DNA of 63,917 nucleotides, counting the filler, from Phoronis australis (Eukaryota > Animalia > Phoronida): assembly GCA_002633005.1 (NCBI GenBank). It is 6 parts of 6 records of this genome, joined end to end, with 100 filler letters (N's around TTAATTAATTAA, not from the genome) between each part and the next. Parts side by side here need not be neighbours in the genome. Positions count along the whole stretch, not along the records: positions 1 to 27,321 come from NMRA01000016.1; positions 27,422 to 41,830 come from NMRA01000854.1; 4 more parts are not named here. One strand, 5' to 3'. Within the stretch, counting starts at the first letter, position 1, and each line of letters opens with the position of its first letter. The notes below the pieces were generated by a model. The model was given only the letters and a program-made list of their open reading frames with translations, had not been told where the DNA came from and ran no database searches. This document shows positions 25,463-35,700 of the stretch, one piece after another. The translations under genes and the position numbers were made by a program.

Positions 25463-27263
25463 ATGATGCGCTATGTTGTCTTAGTTGGCGTGTGTCTCCT
25501 CGCCTATTGCATGTACATACCACTACCTGAAAACTATGAAGAACCTTGGATGACTCGATACATTATGCTAAAGAAGAGCATCACCAATACACGGGTGAGT
25601 TTTTATGAAACAAGTTAGAGTTTTCCGGGATCACATTGGTCCGTTCTGGCCAATATCTTATTAAAACGCTTTAGTGAGTCATGCGTAAACCTTAAATAAC
25701 GGAGGCGATCACTGTCACTGCTACACCATTACTATTTGGCCTGCGTCTTTTTTAAGTAAAGATTATGTAGGACCCATGAAAAATTCCAACATCATATCTC
25801 AGAAATGGGTCATCGGTTTCTTATAAAACTTTCGTATACTTTACTTTGTGTACTGTTGGAAATTAGTTTTAAAATATTGATTTTTTGTGAGAGGCTGTCA
25901 ACAACCAGACTAGTGATTTTCATGAAAAAAATGAAAAGTTGCGTAAAACGAAAACGAGATGGCAATTTAGAATAATGTAACAATTTTTTGAGATTCAATC
26001 TTGAACTATTATATCGTATGTTACTGGTACCTTTATTTTGCTGTCAATGTGCCTTTCTTTTTTTGCAAAATGATACTAAATTAATGACAATTTTGTAAAA
26101 CGACAAAACTCAAAATCTTCAGGCTTTCTTCAGTCAGAAAATACGTACTTTCGCTGAGTTAACATGGGCGGTGCACCATAGGGGGCTGGGAGGGCTATAG
26201 CCCCCCACTTTTTCAGTGCTACGCCGCACATGGTCTATAAGCGGTGCACCACACGGGGGTTGAGGGGGCTATAGCCCCCCACACACTTTTTTCAGTGCTG
26301 CGCCGCCCATGGTTAATATCTATATTTTCAGGTATTTGACTGAACTCACAGACTTTTCGATAAGGTCCCACGTGAAATGAAAGCCGCCACAAACCAGTGT
26401 GCCGTCGAGTAAACCTACTTTTGATTTAGACCACTTACCGCGGCTATGATATTGGTCTCCGCAACTTATTCCTTACTCAGACGAGAAGTGACTTTGGTCA
26501 GGCAAAGAACTGATAGTTCATTATTTCTCGAGACCATCAGGCCAAGCAAATAAAGTGACTCAGGCAAACTTGCAAACAACGAACGGCCAACTCCTTTCAA
26601 GCCCAAAATACGCTTAATCCAAAGAACAGCTACCGAAAGTGGTCTTATTCGAAAGTTGGACTTGCGACGGCCAAAGTGGGTTAAATTATGGCTGATTTAA
26701 TAAGTTACATACGATGGTAAAATGAAGATCAGTGTCCTAGTTTTCAAAACAGTCTGTTGTAGGCCTAACCGTGGTGACTTGCATGTGCCGGTGCACTAGA
26801 TACAACTCCTTTCGCAGGCGTCCGTAGCTTCTGATCGTCCCCAAAACACTATGTATGATATACCATATGATATGTACATTGTGTACTGAGGACGACCGGA
26901 AACTATGGACGTCTCGAAGACGACGGGTGCAAATGTAGCTCCACATGCAACTGATGTCAAAAGTAGGGACATTTTGGTGTGGAATGACCTCTGTCACTGT
27001 AATGATGACCATATTTGAGAAAACAACTGGCGAACTGGAAATTTTGAACCCTTTGTAAAAATCCGCATTGATTTGGCACATTTTGTATTGAAAGCTAGAT
27101 AATTGAACAAACATCTTGAAAAACGGTTGATTATTCATTGCTTTTTCCGTAGCTTGTTCTTCAAAGTTATTTGGCCGGTTACGAGCACCCACTCATACTT
27201 GTGCAAGAAAATCAAGCAAAAGAGAGATCACGCGTGCGCTGTGAAGCGTCCCCGGGACTGAAG
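25463..27263 (+). CDS. AADAC/NCEH1-like carboxylesterase, copy 3; only exons 1-2 present, cut by a scaffold join
   Basis: Exon 25463-25594 encodes MMRYVVLVGVCLLAYCMYIPLPENYEEPWMTRYIMLKKSITNTR (donor gtgagt). Exon 27153-27263 encodes LVLQSYLAGYEHPLILVQENQAKERSRVRCEASPGLK (donor gttagt). Exon lengths (132, 111) equal those of copy 2. A spacer gap starts at 27322. Confidence 0.85.
26163..26311. mobile_element. Short dimeric MITE with 5-bp TSD GTTAA
   Basis: TIRs CATGGGCGGTGCACCA / TGCTGCGCCGCCCATG. GTTAA lies at 26158-26162 and 26312-26316. Built from two tandem ~70-bp units, each with a gggctatagccc palindrome. Confidence 0.85.
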
Positions 27264-27321
27264 GTTAGTGATGCAGATACAACTCTCAGGCTTCGCGGCC
27301 GGGGCAAAATGATCTAAAACC

Positions 27322-27421
27322 NNNNNNNNNNNNNNNNNNNNNNNNNNNNNNNNNNNNNNNNNNNNTTAATTAATTAANNNNNNNNNNNNNNNNNNNNNNN
27401 NNNNNNNNNNNNNNNNNNNNN
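27322..27421. other. Artificial scaffold-joining spacer (44N-TTAATTAATTAA-44N); identical spacers at 41831-41930, 52791-52890, 57311-57410 and 62528-62627
   Basis: The same 100-nt structure, with a stop codon in all six frames, occurs five times. Confidence 0.97.
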
Positions 27422-28183
27422 AACTATTGAGTACGTCCATAACTCACCGGCAATTTCCGTACCGTCCTTGACCTCGAGCGGCCCACGATGAAAGTGTGTG
27501 GGGGCTTTTTTTGAACATTTTTGTTCTTTGACTGCGATTTTCTTACGAAGTCGCCGGAACAGGACACCGTGAATGGTATTGGGAGAAAGAACAATTCTTC
27601 ATGGTTTGTTGAACCTCTATTTTGTGTAAATTTATTGAGTTTTATATTTGCTATGGACGGCTGAAGTGAAGCACCCGTGGAATTTCTAGTCGGGAGTGTC
27701 ATACCTTGTAGTATTATATGTAGTGTATTGGGAACGATCAGAAGCTGAGGACGCCTGTGACTCTACACTACAGATCACATCCATGGGCCGTTCGGAGAAA
27801 TTAATAATATTAACTCACAGTCGTCTGGAATCGTCCTTTTTCATTCATACATCTCATTTGAAAGCTGCAGAGCAGTTAGTTAATATTTGAGTCAATGAAA
27901 GAGGAGTTTCCGCCTGACCTAGTTAAGTGTTAATAGATAAATAATATATTAATCGAAACCAGAGCGGTTTGTGATGAACTTGGTAGCAGGGATATACTTA
28001 GCCACTCGCCCAGTTGCAGTTTGTGATGAACTTGGTAGTGCCCAAGAGCATTTTGCTCACTGTTTTTGATTGTGAATTAATTTAAGAAGCAAGATTTAAG
28101 ATTTGAATGTCTGTTGTCTGGAACAGACTCCTACAATTCGTCATCTCATCAATAGAGAAGATGTTCACAGGTCACATCGTGAA

Positions 28184-29038
28184 CTAGGCAATGACCATCG
28201 CCTCTGTTGGCCCGAACCAGAGGCGATGCAGCTCCTATAGGCGCTCCATATGCCGGAAGCTTTTCGGCGAATTATGCCTCGCTCTGGTTAAAGCATGAAA
28301 GTCACATTGTTATAAATACCTTTTGCGTATAGAGGGACACCTTAGGAGGTTGGTGGTGTGTTTAATTCCTTCCAACTCGAACAAATACTTCCGTTATCGA
28401 ACTTTTTGTTCGAGCAGTCATTCGTTCAGTTCCCAAAATCGTGAACTCAACATTTTTATACTGCGCACGCTCCAATTTTTACCGCGCTCGCTAGGTGATG
28501 TGACTTCATGACCTCAATCTTTAAATAGGCCAAAGGTGAGCCATTGCGGTCTTGTCAGTCAAATGTTCGTTTCCAAAATGCCACCACTTATGCTTGTCTT
28601 CAATTGATGTTACTTGAAACTGTTTGTATTTCAATGAATTATTGTTTGTATTTGATAAAAATGAATGCTGTTGATATGACATTTAATAGTCTGTGCACAT
28701 ATTTGACATTTTAATGTTTAACAACATGGCAAATGCACGGCTGGTTCCCGGCAGCACGTACGCAAAGGGCGGGAACTTCAGCTTTCAAAGTTCGCCGGTA
28801 GGACCTCAACTTCTGACCTTCGGCCTGGTTAAAAGAATCTCTTGGCGTGCGCCGAGTGAAAACGTTGAGTTCACGACTTTGCGAACTGAAATAGGGACTG
28901 CTCGAAGAAAAAGTTTGATAACGGGAGTATTTGTTCGAGTTGGAAGGAATTAAACACATCGACAACCTCCTAAGGTGTTCCTCTATGCGCAAAAGGTATT
29001 TATAACAACGTGACTTTGATGGTTTAGTCGGTGCGAGG
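28184..29038 (-). mobile_element. Fold-back repeat with a Helitron/Helentron-like terminal hairpin; relatives at ~2270-2640, 11809-11862 and 63751-63917
   Basis: The minus strand ends catcgcctctg-loop-cagaggcgatg-gtcattgc-CTAG|T. 28276-28450 is an inverted repeat of 28863-29038. Confidence 0.65.
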
Positions 29039-30478
29039 NGTTTTGAAAATTGGGGGTCCAAATTCGTGAGACTCACGAGTCGTGATAAGCGCGAATCTAA
29101 GGCGCACATTTAGGATGTGTGCATTGTCACTAGACTGCAAAAGTCAAGATCTGTAAATCTTTTTAGTAAGATAATCTGTGTAGAGTTGCATGTTAGACAG
29201 ATAATTCACAGCATGAGTACAGGACTCAATGTATCTTGAAGCTCTCAAAAGGGAGGTGTACTACTTTAATGTAGTTGAGAAACCATTTAAAATTATGAGA
29301 AGACAATGAAGCTGCATTCGAAAGGACATGAAGAAATATATCCTAGAGTACATGACTTGTCTACATTTCATTACATCGCACAGTATTGCAATTCACGAGT
29401 CTACACTGAAGAAGACCATATCCTCAACAAATTCACAACTCAGGCCCACCAGTGCTCAACACGGATGAAAATCTCCGCTGGAAAATAGGAGTGACAACAT
29501 ATGTGCACTCGCGCTTGTATACCGGACTTGGCTTCGTAAAAGATCGTGACCAAAAAATAACCGTTGAAACTCCGTGTTTGAACTTCGCGCTCGTATTTTT
29601 ACGTTTTCGAAACGTTTTTCCGAGGGCTTTACTTGCAAATTTCAAGTCATTTGGCTACGAGCGTCGCCAGTGGTAGCCGGGGACATCGTAGTTTTTAACG
29701 TCTTCTGCAGTGCATTATAAGTGGACGCTTTATTGAAATGAATCTTACCAGGTCAAAAGTCAATCACAGTCTTTCATAGTACGCTACAAGAAATTTATTC
29801 TTAAAAAGAACCATTCTTTTCTCACAGTTTAAGAGTCAAATCCCCGGCCTGGTTCACAGCCGAAGTAACAGGTGCTGTGCACGTGACTGGCTGACCTACT
29901 TTTTCCATTATATACGGCACGCAGTGCCACACACAGGATAAACTCGAATCGCTCAATAATCATGGAATTCCACAAAAAAGTTGAAGTATTTCGAGGCTTT
30001 TACTTTCATGCTAAGTTAGTCATTGAATACGTAACCAACATTACACACATTTTTTTCTCGTGAAGTTTGCACTGCATTCCCGCGCATCAATATACGTTGT
30101 TCGGCCGTGCAGATTTCTTGATATTTTTTCATTTATTCGTTCGAGTTGCAACGGAACTATGCGAACACATTAAAGAAGTTTGCGCTAAGTTTTATCTGAT
30201 TTGCATGTTCAACGACATTGATGGCATTTATATGGCAGGTCAGTGCTAGAATTTTGGCGTGTATCATTTTTTTTTCGAAGTGTATATCCTCAGCTATTTC
30301 AAATTGGCTGCTCTATCGAGTACCACTTCAACTTCCGCGTCAGCAACTAGCATTATGGGTACGGCAAATCCTTTGAACTTCGGGTGTGGGTTCTTCAATT
30401 TCAAAGATTAAGTGTCCATGTACGGGTAGTTAGCGCTGGGTGTGCAATATTTCTCGACACTAGCCATGCTGGGATTCC

Positions 30479-31382
30479 NNNNNNNNNNNNNNNNNNNNNN
30501 NNNNNNNNNNNNNNNNNNNNNNNNNNNNNNNNNNNNNNNNNNNNNNNNNNNNNNNNNNNNNNNNNNNNNNNNNNNNNNNNNNNNNNNNNNNNNNNNNNNN
30601 NNNNNNNNNNNNNNNNNNNNNNNNNNNNNNNNNNNNNNNNNNNNNNNNNNNNNNNNNNNNNNNNNNNNNNNNNNNNNNNNNNNNNNNNNNNNNNNNNNNN
30701 NNNNNNNNNNNNNNNNNNNNNNNNNNNNNNNNNNNNNNNNNNNNNNNNNNNNNNNNNNNNNNNNNNNNNNNNNNNNNNNNNNNNNNNNNNNNNNNNNNNN
30801 NNNNNNNNNNNNNNNNNNNNNNNNNNNNNNNNNNNNNNNNNNNNNNNNNNNNNNNNNNNNNNNNNNNNNNNNNNNNNNNNNNNNNNNNNNNNNNNNNNNN
30901 NNNNNNNNNNNNNNNNNNNNNNNNNNNNNNNNNNNNNNNNNNNNNNNNNNNNNNNNNNNNNNNNNNNNNNNNNNNNNNNNNNNNNNNNNNNNNNNNNNNN
31001 NNNNNNNNNNNNNNNNNNNNNNNNNNNNNNNNNNNNNNNNNNNNNNNNNNNNNNNNNNNNNNNNNNNNNNNNNNNNNNNNNNNNNNNNNNNNNNNNNNNN
31101 NNNNNNNNNNNNNNNNNNNNNNNNNNNNNNNNNNNNNNNNNNNNNNNNNNNNNNNNNNNNNNNNNNNNNNNNNNNNNNNNNNNNNNNNNNNNNNNNNNNN
31201 NNNNNNNNNNNNNNNNNNNNNNNNNNNNNNNNNNNNNNNNNNNNNNNNNNNNNNNNNNNNNNNNNNNNNNNNNNNNNNNNNNNNNNNNNNNNNNNNNNNN
31301 NNNNNNNNNNNNNNNNNNNNNNNNNNNNNNNNNNNNNNNNNNNNNNNNNNNNNNNNNNNNNNNNNNNNNNNNNNNNNNNNNN
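30479..31382. other. Sized assembly gap (904 N); another at 4096-4192
   Basis: Run of N without a linker. Confidence 0.99.
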
Positions 31383-32722
31383 GCAAACAAATTGCCTCCA
31401 GGAGGACCTGTTAAGAACTTAGATGATTGACAGACAAGAACTAGTTGTCTTGTCCAATATTGTCAAAAATTAAAGTAGCCTGTGAACAATACTTTTGGCA
31501 GCCACCAGGTGTCTCTGTTCACCATGTGTCTATAATTTCAATGAACATTTTTTCAATTATAAGGATCTATGAATCTCAAACTGTCTCCACAAACTCTTTT
31601 ATACTTCTATGTCAAGTGAATATTGGAACTTGTTTATCTTACTCCTCATACTTTTTATTTAAAAATCATCAATTTTCTTATATGTGTTAACACCAGTTTA
31701 GTGTTGCATAACTTTTCAATTCAATAGGACTGCAGACAAGCACTTGGCTCAAATCAAGTTGCCCATGACTTGATTAATGGCTTAGTGAACATATTGCACT
31801 CTGTTCACTGGCAATATGGGCTTTTTGTATTGGGATAAGTTGGGATATATGCCAATCGTATTTTTTGAGTTTTGTTTTCTTTGGAGATGTGTTGGCTGAA
31901 TTAACCAACCTGTCAACGTTAACAGATCAAAAAATACCAACCATTTTTAATGCATCACTTCTTACAGGAACGACCACCCATAATTTGAGTTTTTTTCTGA
32001 AGACCACCACCCATGAATTTTTATTGCTACTGCCGTCCCCCCCCCTCCCACACGGATTTTACTGGAACAGCCCTTAGGCTTGTTTTGAAGAATAAAATAC
32101 AAAATCATTAAAGTGATAGCCTTCTCTTTCTGTGATGTCACTCCCATTGTTTTACTTGGTCACAAATTTTGCGGTCCTGTGGGGACCTCTGGTGAAGGAT
32201 TTTCTCAACCAAAAGTGAACTATGCGTACCCTTTGTCTGTTTTAATCTGAGCCATCCAGCCCTTATGTGTGCAGCATGTTTCAGCCCATCATATTTCACC
32301 TATAGTTTGGTGGGAGGGAGGCATTTGGAAAGTTTAGCTCGCACAGTTTACGTACAGTTGTGTGCACGACTGTATTTTTGGTGTTGCATCTGACTTGACT
32401 TGAATCATCGGCATCTGTTCTGTAGTAAAGTTTCTCAGCGTAAAACGCCCATGAAAAATTCAAAGTGGAATAAGCCATGATGGTTTTAGTGTATCTGTTG
32501 AGAGAGGCAAAGACAATCGATCTACGGTTTGATGTTGTGTAATTCGAATTGGCAACTCATCCTATTAAAAAGCCAAAACAAAACAAAGGATTCCACCCCA
32601 GAACATGAATCAGTAGAGTCTTCAAAGATCGTGCTGCACGGGGTTTCAACATTATTTTACTCTGAATGTTTGTCAAACACCAATGCCAGTTTGTTCTTTA
32701 AGTATTATCAAACTATTTACAG

Positions 32723-35700
32723 GGCGATGGTGCAGCTGTTGCACCCAAGGCAGCGGAAGAAGTCACATCATTGCCAGAGACATCTAGTTACCAACCACGA
32801 AAACTGACAGTAAATGTCAAGCTAGACATAGCACAAATCGGCTTGTTTGTTTTAGCCCTTGTCACACGGTTTTGGAGACTAGGATATCCCAGAACTATTG
32901 TGTAAGTTGTTACAATAAGGATGATTATTCAAAGATTTGTTTCATGAAAAGTGGTATCAGACTTCAGTCAGAAATTTTGTGTTACACTCCTCTGAAAAAT
33001 TTTCAAAACTCACTTTTGCGAAAGTAGAAAGTACGTGAGAACATACTCCCATATCTACTGGTTAGTGCAGTGATAATTTGTATCAAGTATTTCTAGCCTG
33101 AGACGTGCTAACAATTACATGGTGACAAATTTATTCCATCTTTGTGAAGTGGAAGCTGAAGGCCAAATTTATGACGTCTCAAGTCACTTTCTTTGAGGCA
33201 GACTCCTGGAGATCGCACTATTGAAAGTCTGATCAAGTATAATAGAAATCCATACACAAGCAACGAAATACATTTTGTTCATTCGTCTCAACTCGGATGT
33301 GCCTGACACTTGAAAATATATGTCTATCATGGGAAACAGCTAAGTTGACTTATGTATGGTGCTGCAATGCCTTGATGCATACTAGATTCATTATCAGATT
33401 GACAATTTAGTGCCACCAGGCCTGGTTCTATTGATCTAAACCCATTGCTGAAAGTGTCTATTTGTACAAAGGTGTCACTAGGCTGTCATTTCATCTTTAA
33501 TGCTGCAATTTCTATTTTCCTTTAGCGTGCTGTCAGTGTGGATGTTTGGTTTTTGACTCAAGATAATTTTTATGCGCCCACATATTTATATGTGGACGCA
33601 TTATGCCGTCATCTCTGTCCGTCCGTCCGTCCGTCCGTCCGGCGTCCGCGGCTCTATCTCCAAAACCCTTTGACATACGGTCGTGAAATTTGGCACATAT
33701 GTTCCATTCATGAATGGGACGGCATGTGCGAACTTTCGGACGGATCCGACTACCGGTGTGCCCCCTAGTGGCAATTTTAGTTTTTTACGCTTACCTTTGT
33801 ATCTTCAAAAGTCCTGAACGGATTTTCATGAAATTTGGTATGTAGGCACCTAGTAGTGAGATGACGCTATCCTGCCGTTTTCGGATGGATTCGACATAGT
33901 TTGCGCCACCTAGTGGCCATTTTTACTGTTTTCGAGTCTGTATTTTTGCGTCCACCCCTCTATCAACCAAACCGCTCAAAGGATGATTGTGAAAATTGGC
34001 GTGTATGTGCTTACTATAAGGAAGACAGCTGACAATGATTTTCAGACGATTTGGACCACTGTGGCGCCTCCTAGTGGCAGTTTTGTTTTTTTGCGCCCAT
34101 GGCTGTATCTCCCAAACCGTTTGCAGGATCTTTACTAAATTTAGCAAGTGTATTTATGTGATGTTGACAACGGACGATGACGACTTTAGGATGATTCTGA
34201 TTACCGGTATGCCTCTAGTGGCAATTTTAGTATTTGCCTCTAGTGGCAATTTTAGTATTTTACATTGACCTCTGTATTTTCATAGGTCTTCAGGTGTATA
34301 CTTTGTGTTACTTCGTGACTGTGAAGGAAAAGTTCCAAGTAGAAATTTGTTTCTGGCATTCTAATGCTGTGCTAATCTCGTATGTTGGTAAATTTGTTTT
34401 TAATTCTATGTTTCTGTGGTGCTTTAAGCAACTGGTGTATAGGATGTGCTTGTATTATGAAGATTACTCACATTTTGCCCCTAGCCTATTGAGGAGACAA
34501 GGACCATGCCTTTCCATTTTGCAAAGTATGCCCTCTACTGGCCACTTTATGGTACCAATAAACAACCCTAGAAGGATACCGTATGCGGTGCAATTGTGGG
34601 CGCATTTCAACGCTCCGCGTTGCTCTTGTTAATTTTCTTTGCTGTGTCATGCTGTTCTCACCATTTGTTTCCTTATTTTAATTCAGTTTTGTATTTGATA
34701 TAATTTTTTGTTGTAGATTTGACGAGATTTTATTTGGTCGGTTTTCTCTATTCTACCTGAAAAATCTATTTTACTTCGATCTCAACCCTCCACTGGGTGT
34801 CCAGATGTATGCCTGGCTAGGTAAGGTGAATTATGACATAGAGTGCCCTTATGAATAATTAAGCTGTTAATATGCACAACAATATTGTTTCATCTAGTGG
34901 ATGTTTCAGAATCTCAATGTCAATAATCAGTGAGAAATTACACCAATACAATGGCGTGCAAGGTTTGCCTTCATTTAAGTTGAAGCATGTGCTAATGGTT
35001 GTAGTAAGGGAGCTCTTGGATTATAGTGGCCTTGGTTAGGGTCTAATCTCGAAATGGAACTCAGAATTACTTGTGGCATTTTCTATTTTTGGCTTATGCA
35101 ATTTCAAGATAAATATCTATTACTCTATGCTCGAGAACTTAAATATCTAAACCTAGTTTGTATTTGACATCCTCAGCATTAAGACTGAAATTTGGATTCT
35201 GAACTTGAAATTTTGAGTTTTTACTTGAGTTTCGGAGGTCATCAAATTAGAACTTATTTTAGAAACTCATACTTAAAAATATAATGCACTCCTGCACAGA
35301 ATAATGGACACATGGCTTGAATTCTCGAAGAAGTAGAGCAGAAAATGCAAAAAAAAATAATTTTAAGATCAATTTTGGTTAGAAAGATTGGACTCCAGTC
35401 CCTGATCATCAGTTCTTTGTTGATAAGGAGGCCTTTGGTATTAGCAGTTATTACGGTACAAGACAAAAGTATTCGACAGAATACCATCTCCCTGTTATGA
35501 TGGATTGTTCAATTAACAGCAAAAATGACTTGTGGTAATGACTGTTATGGGAGCAAAACCATAATTTCAAGTTGGAATAGCCACATTCCTAACTTTCGTG
35601 TTAATTGCCATTTATTCTTTGTCATGAGGAAAAGCCCCTCTGATAATCAATTGGCTTCTGCCCAGCTGTCATGGTGAGGAAGTCCAGGTCATTTCAGTGA

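Noticed and set aside
25463-27263. AADAC-3 as a pseudogene
   Set aside because: Both visible exons are intact, and the loss of later exons coincides with an artificial join.
27366-27377. Recurring TTAATTAATTAA palindrome as a biological site
   Set aside because: It is always centred in 88 Ns, so it is an assembly linker.
30384-31430. Long 308-348 aa ORFs in the ORF track
   Set aside because: They are read through the 904-N gap and consist almost entirely of X.
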